A stretch of DNA of 64,000 nt from positions 6,455 to 70,454 of the forward strand of contig CANHCJ010000002.1 of NCBI GenBank assembly GCA_947458025.1. Reading direction: 5' to 3'. The DNA is from Rhodospirillales bacterium (GTDB lineage: Bacteria > Pseudomonadota > Alphaproteobacteria > Acetobacterales > Acetobacteraceae). Made by a program: the position numbers and the translations under genes. Numbering within the stretch: position 1 is the first letter of the stretch; each line of letters begins with the position of its first letter. This document shows positions 1-9,800 of the stretch, piece by piece. The notes under the pieces were generated by a model. The model made no database searches. It saw only the letters and a list, made by a program, of their open reading frames with translations, and was not told the DNA's origin.

Positions 1-3000
1 GCCGCCACCACCCTCTCGCTCGCCGCGCCCGGCATGACCTTCACCGGCACCGGCGCCCTCACCGCCACCGGGGGCACCGTCGAGATCGGGCCGACCAGCG
101 GCACCCGCACCTTCGGCCTTGGCACGGCCCCAGGAGACTTCGCGCTCGGCGCGCTTGGCAACGTCTCGGCCAGCCTGGTGCGGATCGGCCAGGCCAGTTC
201 CACCGGCAACCTCAACAAGGCCGCCAGCATCACGCTGGCCGACGCCGTCACGCCCGCGGCCACCACGCTGGAGCTGATCACCAGCGGCGCCATCACCCAG
301 ACCAAGGGTGGGCTGGTGATCCCCACCCTGACGGCCAAGGCCGTCACGCTCGACCTCTCCCAGCCCGGCAACGCCATCGGCGCCCTCGGCGCCCTCGTCA
401 TCACCGGCGACCTCGCGATCGCCAACGACAGCCCCATCGCCGTTCCCGGCGCGCTCTCCGCCGCCAACATCACCCTGCGCAGTGCCGCCGCATCCGCCAC
501 GGCGCTCGGGATTTCCGGCACCCTTGCCACCACTCCGGGCGGCACCATCACGCTGGCAGCCACCGACGCCGTGGGCGGCATCGCCCTGTCGGGCAAGCTT
601 GACGCCACCGCCACCGGCACGATCGACCTTACCGCCGGCAGCAGCGGCATCGCCCAGGCCGCAGGCACGCTCACGGCCGCCCAGCTGCGCAGCACCGGCG
701 GCGCCACCGGCAACGTCTCGCTCGATCAGGCCGCCAACGCCATCGGCACGCTCGGCGACATCACTCTCGTCGGCGGCGCTCTTGCCGTGCGCAGCAGCCT
801 TGCCCTGGACATCACCGGCGCCGTTGCCGCCGACGCCCTCGCCCTGCGCAGCGCGGGCGCGACGCTGAACCTCACCGCCACCGGCAGCCTGGTGGCGTCC
901 GGCACCGCGCTGCTCGCCACCACAAGCGGTGCCGGCGGCATCGGCCTGGCCGGCGCTGCCAAAGCGGCCACGCTCGATCTCTCCGCCGGCAGCGCCGGCA
1001 TTACCCAGACCGGCGGCACCCTCACCGCCGGCACCCTCACCAGCACCGGCGGCAGCGCCGGCGCGGTTGCGCTGGCCGAGGCCGGCAACAGCATCACGGC
1101 GCTCGGCCCATTCTCCGTTCCCAACGCCACCCTGACCCTGGTCGATGCCGCGGCGCTGACGGTGACCGGCCCTGTCGTGGCCGCCAACGTCACGCTGAGA
1201 AGCAGCGCCGCCAGCGCAAAGGCAATCGACGTCACCGGCTCCGTCACCGCGAATTCCGGCGGCACCATCACCCTGGCGGCGGCCAACGCCGCCGGCGGCA
1301 TCACCCTGGCCGGCACCGTGAGCGCACCGGCAGGAACGATCGATCTCTCCTCGGGCAGCTTCGGCATCGCCCAGTCGGCCGGCACCATCGCCGCCGTCAC
1401 ACTGCGCAGCTCCACCGGCGCATCCGGCCCGGTCTCTCTGCTCCAGACAGCCAACAAGATCGCCAGCCTCGCCGATTTCGCCGTCAGCGGCGGGGGCTTT
1501 GCGCTGTCCACCAGCCAGGCCCTTACCGTCCCCGGCACGGTCAAGGCCAACGACATCACCCTGGAGGGCTCCGCGGCCGGCACCGCCATCGCCCTCACCG
1601 GCACGCTGTCCGCCCCAAGCGGCACGCTCGCCCTCACCGCCTCCAACCCTGGCGGCGGCCTCTCGCTCGGCGGCAGCGCCAGCGCGGACCAGGTGAACCT
1701 CGCCGCCGGCACCGGCGGAATCGTTCAGCCCGCCGGCAGCATCTCGGCCGCCACGCTCCGCGCCAAGGTCACCGGCGGCGACGCCGCGCTCGACCGCACC
1801 GGCAACAGTATCGCCACTCTGGGCGACACCTCCATCACCGGCGGCACCCTCCTGCTGGTCGACAGCGTGCCGCTGACAGTGGCGGGCACCGTCAGCGCGA
1901 ATTCCGTTACGATCAGCAGCACTGCGCCGGGCCCGGCCATCACGGTCACCGGCGGGCTCGCCTCTTCCGCCGGCGGCACCATCGCGCTCACCGCCGGCAA
2001 CGCCACCGGCGCGATCGACCTCGCCGGCACCATCAGTGCCACCGCCACCGGCACGCTCGACCTCACCGCTGGCGCCAATATCAGCCAAAGCGCCGGCAGC
2101 ATCACGGCCGGGACCCTGCGCAGCACGGGCAAGGTCGGCGGCAACCTTGCCCTCACAGGCGCCGCTAACGCCATCGGCAGTATCGCCACACTCGCGGTGG
2201 CCGGCACCGCCAGCATCGCCGACAGCATCGCTCTCAACATCTCGGGAACGCTGTCTGCCGCCACCCTGTCCGTCACGGGGTCCGCCGCCGGCACCGCCAT
2301 CTCGATCACCGGCAGCGCATCGTCAACCGGCACTATGACGCTTGCCGCCACCGACCCAACAGGCGGCATTGCCCTCTCGGGCACGGTCTCCGCCGCACTG
2401 CTCGACCTCGCGGCCGGCACCGCCGGCGTCTCGCAAACCGCGGGCACCGTGTCGGCCGCGACTCTGCGCAGCGCAGCCGGCGTCGGTGGCGCGACGACCC
2501 TCGATCAGGCCGGCAACGCCGTCACCACGCTCGCCGATTTCACCGTCACCGGCGGTGGCTTCACGCTACGCAGCGCCACGGCCCTGGACATCGCCGGCAA
2601 CCTCTCCGCCGATGCGATTACTTTGCGCGGCGCCGCCGCATCGCCGAATGCCCTGACCCTGAGCGGCAGTCTTTCGACCGCAGGCACGGCATTCCTCGCC
2701 GCCACCGCGCCCACCGGCGGCATTGCCCTCGCTGGCAGCGCGCAGGCCGCCACGCTGGATCTCTCCGCAGGCTCGGCCGGCATCGCGCAGACCGCGGGCA
2801 CGATCAAGGCCACGACGCTTACAAGCACCGGCGGCAGCGCAGGCACGGTCACGCTCGGCCAGGGCACGAACAGCATCGCGACGCTGGGCGATTTCGCCGT
2901 GACCGGCGGCACGTTCGCCCTGACGGACGCCGCAGTCCTCACCGTCGCCGGCACCGTGAAGGCCGGCTCGGTCGGCATCACGGCTCTCCCCGGCGGCACG

Positions 3001-6000
3001 GCCATCTCCGTCACCGGCACCATCGCCACCAAAGCCGGCGGCACCATCACCCTTGCCGCCACGGATCCCGCAAGCGGGATCACGCTGTCCGGCAACCTCG
3101 ACGCCACACCCACCGGCACGCTCGACCTTTCCGCCGGCACCGGAGGCATCTCGCAAACCGCCGGCAGCATCACCACCGGCCTGCTGCGCAGCGCCGGCGG
3201 CGCCACCGGTCTCGTGGCGTTGACCCAGGCCAGCAACGCGATCTCCAAGCTGGGCGACTTCCAGGTCAAGGGCGCCGCGTTCGCGCTGGCCGACAGCATC
3301 CCCCTTGTGATCACCGGCCCGGTGGCCGCCCCCGCCATCACCCTGGACAGCTCCGCGGCCGGAACCGCGATCTCCCTCACCGGCGATCTCGCCGCGCCCG
3401 GCGGCGCCGTGACCCTCAAGGCTTCCGGCACGAAGGGAGGCCTGTCGCTCGCCGGCACCGTCACCGCCGACCAGCTCGACCTCGTCGCAGGCAGCGGCGG
3501 CATCGCCCAGCCGGGCGGCAGCATCAGCGCGACAACGCTGCGCGCCACGGCCACCAGCAGCGCCACGCTGGGCCGTGCCGGCAACAGCATCGCCATCCTG
3601 GGCCCGACCACGATCACCGGCGGCACCTTCACCTTGGCGGACAGCATCCCGCTCGCCGCCGCAGGCCCGGTGAAGGCCGACGGCATCGCGATCACCAACT
3701 CCGCCGCCGGCACCGCCATCGCCGTCACCGGCAACCTGACCACCTCGCCAGGTGGCACCATCGCACTCGCGGCCAGCAACCCCGCCGGCGCCATCGATCT
3801 CGGCGCCTCTATCGACGCAACCCCCACGGGCATCGTCGACCTGTCCGCCGGCGCCGGCGTTTCCCAAAGTGCCGGCAACATCATCGCCGGAACCCTGCGC
3901 AGCACCGGCGGCATCGGCGGCGTCCTTACCCTCGTGCAGCCAGCCAACGCCTTCGCCGTCGTCACCGATCTCAAGGTCGCAGGCGCGGCAAGCCTCATGA
4001 GCAGCATCGCGCTGGCACTGGCCGGCCCGATCTCCGCCGCAGACCTCACCGTCACCGGCACCTCGGCCGGAACAGCTATCGCGCTCACCGGCACCGCCTC
4101 GGCCACCGGCACCATGACGTTGCTGGCCAGCAGCCCCACTGGCGGGATCGCACTCTCCGGCACGGCCACGGCGTCCCTGCTCGACCTCGGGGCCGGCACG
4201 GGCGGCATCACGCAATCCGCCGGCAGCCTCACGGCAACCACACTGCGCAGCACCGCCGGCTCGTCCGGCGCGGTCGCCCTGTCGCAAGCGTCCAACAAGA
4301 TCGCCACGATCGACAATTTCTCGGTCGCCGGCAAAACCTTCACGCTGTCCAACACATCCGCACTGACCATCAACGGCATCCTGGCCGCCGCCAGCATCAA
4401 CCTGACGAATGCCGCGGCCGGCACAGCCATCAGCCTGTCAGCTACAGGCAGCCTCAACGCCAATGGCAGCCTCAAGGACAGCACGGGCTTCCTGAACCTG
4501 GCCGCAACCAGCGCCACCGGCGGCATCGCACTCAACGGCAACGTGCAGGCGACCACGCTCGATTTCGCCGCCGGCACCGGCGGCGTCACGCAGGGTGGCG
4601 GCACCATCACGTCCGCCACCCTGCGCAGCTCCAGCGGCGTCGCCGGCACCGTGGAACTGCTCCAGCCAGGCAACGCCGTCACATCCATCCTCAAGTTCCA
4701 GGTCTCCGACGGCGACTTCGCGCTACGCAACGCAATGGCGCTGAACGTCGACACCCTGGCCGCCCGAAATGTCGACCTGCGCACGCTCGCCGGAAGCATC
4801 AACGTCTCGACCGGGATCACGGCCGGAACAGGCGGGCTCATCCGCGTGGACGCCGCTGGCGCCATCTCGCTGGGCAACCTGAACGCGTCGGCAACCGGGG
4901 TTATCGACCTCAATGCCGGCGCCGGAATCCTGCAGGGCGGAAGCACCTCGCTCACGGCGGGCACACTGCGCAGCAGCAACGGTGTCACCGGCACGGTCAG
5001 CCTCGTCGGCAATTCCATCTCCAAGATCGCCGACTTTGCGGTGTCAGGCGGCAGCTTCAGCTACGGCGGCCTCGTGCCGCTCATCGTGTCCGGCGTCCTG
5101 TCGGCAACCGACGTCACGTTGATCAACAACTCCGCCAGCCCCGCCGCCCTCAGCATTGCCGGAACCGTGCGTGCAGCTACCGGCGGCACGATTTCGCTGG
5201 CAGCACTCTCTCCCACCGGCGGCATTGCGCTGGCCGGAACCGTCGATGCGACCACCACTGGCCTGCTGGACCTCCAGGCCGGCACCGGCGGCGTGATGCA
5301 AACAGCGGGAACGGTCACCGCCAACCGGCTGCAGAGCAACAACGGCGTCGGCGGCTCCGTCGCGCTCGACCTGCCGGCCAACAGCATCGACATCCTCGGC
5401 GCCATTGCCGTCAAGGCCGGCGGCCTCAGCCTCACAGGCAGCCAGCCGCTCACCGTCCTCGGGCCCGTCACCATCTCCGCCGGAAACCTCGGTCTCACCA
5501 GCTCGGCGCCCGGAACGGCACTCACCCTGGCCGGACCCGTCACCGTCTCTGGTTCGGCCAAGCTCGCCGCCACCGATCCCGCTGGCGGGATTGCACTCAC
5601 CAGCACGCTGAATGCGGCAACGCTGGACCTCGTCACCGGCACAGGCGGTACCACCCAAACCGCGGGCGCGCTCACGCTCGGCACGCTTCAGGGATCCAGC
5701 CTCAACGGCAGCGTCAACCTGGCCCAGCCAGGCAACAGCATTGCCAAGGTCGGTACGCTCGTGCTCGGCAGCGGCGATGTCACCCTCGCCAGCAGCACGC
5801 CGATCACTGTGGCGGGCACGCTCAAGGCCCTCCAGGGCGACATCTCCATAACAGGCCTTGCTGCGGGCCCTGCGGCGGTCGACGTCACGGGCAAGGTCAG
5901 CAGCGGTCCCGGTCGAACAATCATCCTCGGCACCTCCATCGGCGGCATCACCATTGGCGGCTCAGTGGCAGCCCCCGGCGGCGTGCTGCTGTTGCCGACC

Positions 6001-6130
6001 GCCACCGGCGTGACAGCCCCAGGGGTGCTATCCGCCAACAACCTCGGCGCATCCGCCACCAAGGCCGGCAACATCGCCCTGGCCGGCCAAAACACCATCG
6101 GAACCCTGGTCGGCGCCATCCTCGCCAACG
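1..6130 (+). repeat. Hierarchical in-frame tandem repeat: ~345-378 nt units nested in a 1779-1782 nt (593-594 aa) five-unit super-repeat, about three copies
   Basis: The 9-mer CTGCGCAGC (the LRS motif) recurs at 685/2464/4243 (spacing 1779, 1779), at 1402/3184/4966 (1782, 1782) and at 2116/3895 (1779). Units 1/6/11, 3/8/13, 4/9 and 5/10 resemble each other more than they resemble their neighbours. Confidence 0.9.
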
Positions 6131-6831
6131 GCAACTTCCTGTTGAACAACGCCGCGCCGCTCACTGTCAGCGGCCCCGTCACCGCGCGAGTCCTCGGCAT
6201 CACCGCGGCCGGCAGCCTCAAGCTCTCCGATGGCGTCGCCATCACCACCGACGGCAAGCCTCGCGCCGAGCAGGGCGTCAGCAACACACTCACGCCGGGC
6301 CAGATCGCGGCCCTCGCCACGCCCGATCTCGGGAGTTATCTCGCGGTCACATCCAGTTTCGGCGCCCCGGCGAAGATCGACACGGGCAAGATCACCGTCG
6401 CGCCCTTCTCCCTTCCCCAGGCCACGCTGGACTTCGTCCTGCCGCACCCGGCGGCCGGCACCGTTTCGATCGGCCAACTCACCGGCAAGGCCACCGATCT
6501 GATCCTCGTCACGCGCTCCAGCGGCATCGCCACCGGCACCATCGACGTCGCCAACCTCCTCATCGTCGGCACTGGCGGAAAGGCCGACCTCTTTGGCAAG
6601 ATCGGCGGCATCGACGGCCAGGCCGCGGCCAACCGAGCCAGCATCTCGCCGCAGCCCGACAGCGACTACCGCTTCAACGCCTGCCCGATCACCTCGGTGA
6701 ATTGCGTGCTGATCCCGATCCAGACCGTTCCGCCCATCAGTCCGCTGCGCGATGTGCCGATCATCCGCGACCGCCCCACCCAGGACGACACGGACGTGCA
6801 ACTGCCCAACGTCTCCGAAGAGGACTACTGA
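1..6831 (+). CDS. Giant Gly/Ala/Thr-rich repeat exoprotein, filamentous-hemagglutinin (TpsA/FhaB)-like beta-helical passenger; 5' end lies outside the window
   Basis: Frame 1 is open from nt 1 to TGA 6829-6831, and the ATG at 34 is internal. More than 2265 aa are dominated by G/A/T/S/L with almost no aromatic or charged residues. About 16 units of 115-125 aa each carry AG(T/S)(L/I)xAx(T/Q)LRS...GN(A/S)IxxLG. The last ~230 aa are non-repetitive and hold the only two Cys (FNACPITSVNCV) plus an acidic tail (SEEDY). The class call is by resemblance only; any TPS secretion domain would be upstream of the window. Confidence 0.8.
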   Translation, partial: AATTLSLAAPGMTFTGTGALTATGGTVEIGPTSGTRTFGLGTAPGDFALGALGNVSASLVRIGQASSTGNLNKAASITLADAVTPAATTLELITSGAITQTKGGLVIPTLTAKAVTLDLSQPGNAIGALGALVITGDLAIANDSPIAVPGALSAANITLRSAAASATALGISGTLATTPGGTITLAATDAVGGIALSGKLDATATGTIDLTAGSSGIAQAAGTLTAAQLRSTGGATGNVSLDQAANAIGTLGDITLVGGALAVRSSLALDITGAVAADALALRSAGATLNLTATGSLVASGTALLATTSGAGGIGLAGAAKAATLDLSAGSAGITQTGGTLTAGTLTSTGGSAGAVALAEAGNSITALGPFSVPNATLTLVDAAALTVTGPVVAANVTLRSSAASAKAIDVTGSVTANSGGTITLAAANAAGGITLAGTVSAPAGTIDLSSGSFGIAQSAGTIAAVTLRSSTGASGPVSLLQTANKIASLADFAVSGGGFALSTSQALTVPGTVKANDITLEGSAAGTAIALTGTLSAPSGTLALTASNPGGGLSLGGSASADQVNLAAGTGGIVQPAGSISAATLRAKVTGGDAALDRTGNSIATLGDTSITGGTLLLVDSVPLTVAGTVSANSVTISSTAPGPAITVTGGLASSAGGTIALTAGNATGAIDLAGTISATATGTLDLTAGANISQSAGSITAGTLRSTGKVGGNLALTGAANAIGSIATLAVAGTASIADSIALNISGTLSAATLSVTGSAAGTAISITGSASSTGTMTLAATDPTGGIALSGTVSAALLDLAAGTAGVSQTAGTVSAATLRSAAGVGGATTLDQAGNAVTTLADFTVTGGGFTLRSATALDIAGNLSADAITLRGAAASPNALTLSGSLSTAGTAFLAATAPTGGIALAGSAQAATLDLSAGSAGIAQTAGTIKATTLTSTGGSAGTVTLGQGTNSIATLGDFAVTGGTFALTDAAVLTVAGTVKAGSVGITALPGGTAISVTGTIATKAGGTITLAATDPASGITLSGNLDATPTGTLDLSAGTGGISQTAGSITTGLLRSAGGATGLVALTQASNAISKLGDFQVKGAAFALADSIPLVITGPVAAPAITLDSSAAGTAISLTGDLAAPGGAVTLKASGTKGGLSLAGTVTADQLDLVAGSGGIAQPGGSISATTLRATATSSATLGRAGNSIAILGPTTITGGTFTLADSIPLAAAGPVKADGIAITNSAAGTAIAVTGNLTTSPGGTIALAASNPAGAIDLGASIDATPTGIVDLSAGAGVSQSAGNIIAGTLRSTGGIGGVLTLVQPANAFAVVTDLKVAGAASLMSSIALALAGPISAADLTVTGTSAGTAIALTGTASATGTMTLLASSPTGGIALSGTATASLLDLGAGTGGITQSAGSLTATTLRSTAGSSGAVALSQASNKIATIDNFSVAGKTFTLSNTSALTINGILAAASINLTNAAAGTAISLSATGSLNANGSLKDSTGFLNLAATSATGGIALNGNVQATTLDFAAGTGGVTQGGGTITSATLRSSSGVAGTVELLQPGNAVTSILKFQVSDGDFALRNAMALNVDTLAARNVDLRTLAGSINVSTGITAGTGGLIRVDAAGAISLGNLNASATGVIDLNAGAGILQGGSTSLTAGTLRSSNGVTGTVSLVGNSISKIADFAVSGGSFSYGGLVPLIVSGVLSATDVTLINNSASPAALSIAGTVRAATGGTISLAALSPTGGIALAGTVDATTTGLLDLQAGTGGVMQTAGTVTANRLQSNNGVGGSVALDLPANSIDILGAIAVKAGGLSLTGSQPLTVLGPVTISAGNLGLTSSAPGTALTLAGPVTVSGSAKLAATDPAGGIALTSTLNAATLDLVTGTGGTTQTAGALTLGTLQGSSLNGSVNLAQPGNSIAKVGTLVLGSGDVTLASSTPITVAGTLKALQGDISITGLAAGPAAVDVTGKVSSGPGRTIILGTSIGGITIGGSVAAPGGVLLLPTATGVTAPGVLSANNLGASATKAGNIALAGQNTIGTLVGAILANGNFLLNNAAPLTVSGPVTARVLGITAAGSLKLSDGVAITTDGKPRAEQGVSNTLTPGQIAALATPDLGSYLAVTSSFGAPAKIDTGKITVAPFSLPQATLDFVLPHPAAGTVSIGQLTGKATDLILVTRSSGIATGTIDVANLLIVGTGGKADLFGKIGGIDGQAAANRASISPQPDSDYRFNACPITSVNCVLIPIQTVPPISPLRDVPIIRDRPTQDDTDVQLPNVSEEDY

Positions 6832-6832
6832 C

Positions 6833-9800
6833 ATGCTGCGGATCGCCGTCAGCCTTGTCGCAGCCCTTCTCACGGGCCTCGCCGCCTGCACCACGCCGCC
6901 CGAAAGCGCCTACGTCAGCGGCGCCCAATCCAGTCGGTCGGAGGGCGGCGTCGCACTCGGCAAGAACGCATCCGGCGAGGACTGCACCCAGCAGGCGATC
7001 GGCGAAGGTGCGGATGTCTATTGCGGCACATGGCTGCAGCCGAGCGCCCGCATCCGTCGCCCGCCCCCGGGCTCGCCCGTCTCGGCGGCGGAAATGGCCA
7101 CCAGCGGCCCATGGCGCACCGGGCTCGACCAGCGCTACACCTGCCAGCCACCCGCCCCAACCTCGGTCCTGGGCGGCGAGCCAGCCCTCCTGTTGCAATG
7201 TGCGCGCCGCGTCGGCGGCTGGTCACACATCGCCCTCGTCGCCACGGTCGGTGGCCGCACCTGGCTCGCCGACGGCGTGCAACCCGCGCTTCCGGTGCTT
7301 GAGCGCTCCATCGGCGTCCTCTCCGGCCGACTGCCCGCTGCCGCAGCCGCCGAGGCCCAGGGCGGCGCGGCACAGCGCCTGCTGGCCGAACGCGCCGCCG
7401 CACGCGCGTTCTCCTCCGGCGATGTCGGCGAATACGACCGCCTGGTCCGCGTGGCCGACGATTCCAACCGCACCGAGGACTTCGCCGGCGCCGAGAAGAA
7501 CCTCCGCGCCGCGCTCGCCCTGCAGCAGAAGGCGCTCGGCCCCGACAACCCCAATACCGTCGTCAGCCTGATCTCGCTCGCCCTGCAGGTCTCCAACCAG
7601 CGTCGCTTCGCCGAGGCCGACGCGCTGTTCACCCGGGCCAACCAGTTCGCCGCGGCGGCGGATGACCCGCTGCAGGCGATCCGCCTGGTGCACTATCAGG
7701 GCCTTCACGCCGCCAACCAAGGCCATGCCGACGAGGCTCTCACCCTCCTGGCCCGCGCCGGCCGCGGCTACGCTGAGCAGTTGCCAGACGAAGTGCGCAG
7801 CGCCCGGCCTCGCGGCGCCACGCGGGTCGGCGCCAGCGGTGCCGGGTCCGGCATGGCCGACCTCTTGCCGAACCGCGAGATGCTCTCCGCCCCCGCCACC
7901 CGCACCGCTCTTCTGGGCCTGATCGAGGTCCGGCGCCGCGAGGCGGCCCTTCTGCGCCGTGCGGGGCGAGTGGAGGAAAGTGCCGCGGCACTGCGGATCG
8001 CCAGCGACCTCGTCGCCGGCAACGGCCTGCGCCAGCCGGTAATCACGGCACGAATGGCCCGCACCGGCGCGGGCATCGTGGCGCAGACCGTTGGCGCCGA
8101 TGCCGCCGCCGACGAATACGCCCGCGCCGCCGCCGTCTTCGCCCAGGCCCTGCCAGACAGCCGACCGGTAGCCGAGACACTGCTGCTGCGCGCCGGGCAG
8201 ATGGCCCGTGCCGGCCAAGCCGCCGCGGCGGGCGACACCTGCCTGCACGCCGTGAAGCTTCTCCGCCAGCTGCGCATCGGCACGGAACCCGCCCTTCTGG
8301 CCCCCTGCCTCGATGCCTTCGCCACCGCGGCCAAGGCCCGGACCGGAGAGAGCCAGAAATGGCTCACCGAGATGTTCGAGGCAGCCCAGCTCGCCCAGGG
8401 GGGCGTCACCAGCCAGCAGATCGCCCAGGCCACAGCGCGCCTCTCGGAGAACGCGCGCGACCCCAAGGTCGCCGCCGCCATCCGTGCCCGCGAGGACATC
8501 CGCGCCCGCCTCGCCGACCTGTACCGCGAGCGCGACCAGTTGGAGCCGAATGCCGCCACAAACGCACCCGTCTCCTCGCCCGAGCTCGACGCGCGGATCG
8601 CCAAGGCGCAGGAAGAGGCGGCAGAGGCCGAGTCTGCGCTGCAGGTCGCCTCGCCCAACTATGGCCAGCTCGTCCAGCAGGTCGCCGCCGCCGCCGATGT
8701 GCTCGCCGCCTTGGCCCCTGGCGAGGCCTTCGTCTCGCTCACATTGAGCGAGACCGGCGGATGGGCCTTCGCCCTGCGCGACGGCCGCATTGACGTCTCT
8801 GCCATCCCGGGCGGCCTGCCGGAGATGGCCCGCCTCGTACGCCGCGTGCGCGAAAGCATTGAAAACACCACGGGTGTTCCCCCACCCTTCGACATCGAAG
8901 CCGCCCAGGCCATCTACCGCGCCACGCTGGCAGGCCTGGAACCGGCACTGCGGGGCGCCGACGCCCTGGTGATCGTCCCGTCGGGACCGCTGCTGTCCTT
9001 GCCCTTCGAACTCCTCCTCACCGGGCCCGCCACGCCGGACAAGCTCGCCACGGCACCATGGCTGCTCCGCCGCGCCGCCATCTCGCATGTGCCCGCCGCT
9101 GCCAACTTCGTCTCCTTGCGCAAGATCGCCGGCAACTCCCGCGCCACCCGGCCCTGGTTCGGCTTCGGCGACTTCCAGCCAGTCACGGTCGCGCAGGCCA
9201 CGCGCACCTTCGGCAATGAATGCGCCGACAGCGCCCGTCTCTATGCCGGCATGCCCCCGCTGCCCTTTGCCCGCGCCGAGCTCGAGGTATCCCGCCGCCT
9301 GCTCGGCGCAGCCGCGAACGATACACTGCTGGGGCCGTCCTTCACCGTTCCAAACGTGAAGCGGGCCAACCTGAAGGATGTCCGCATCCTGCACTTCGCC
9401 ACCCACGCCCTCCTGCCGGCGGAGCTGCGCTGCCAGGCCGAGCCGGCCATCGTCACATCCGCGCCCCCAGGTGCACCCGATGCCGGCGGTTCCCTGCTGA
9501 CCGCCTCGGCCATCCTCGAACTGGATCTCGACGCAGACACGGTGATCCTGTCTGCCTGCAACTCCGGAGGCCCGGGCGGCACCACCGCCGGCGAAAGCCT
9601 TTCCGGCCTCGCACGCTCCTTCTTCTACGCAGGCGCCCGCTCATTGCTGGTCACCCACTGGTCAGTGAACGACCAGATCGCCGCCTACCTCGTCGCAGAC
9701 GCGCTGCGCCGCCTCAGCGAAGCCCCTGCGCTCGGCATTACGGGGGCCATGCGCGCCGCCCAGCTCGGCATGCTGGACGAAGCCGGCAAGGGCCTCGTGG

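Noticed and set aside
726-5684. Long antisense and alternate-frame ORFs inside the giant gene (e.g. 2505-5024 minus, 839 aa; 2566-4287 minus, 573 aa; 726-1712 minus; 5061-5684 minus)
   Set aside because: Their compositions are typical of out-of-frame translation of GC-rich repeat DNA (runs of P/A/R/V or G/A/R/D). They mirror the sense repeat periodicity and have no start context. The sense frame has the coherent repeat motif and runs uninterrupted to 6831.
1-6831. Contact-dependent inhibition toxin (CdiA-CT/CdiI)
   Set aside because: There is no VENN-like demarcation motif or recognisable toxin domain at the C-terminus. The downstream gene is a 1026-aa CHAT protein rather than a small immunity protein. 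The TPS domain and CdiB-like transporter cannot be assessed because they would lie upstream of the window.
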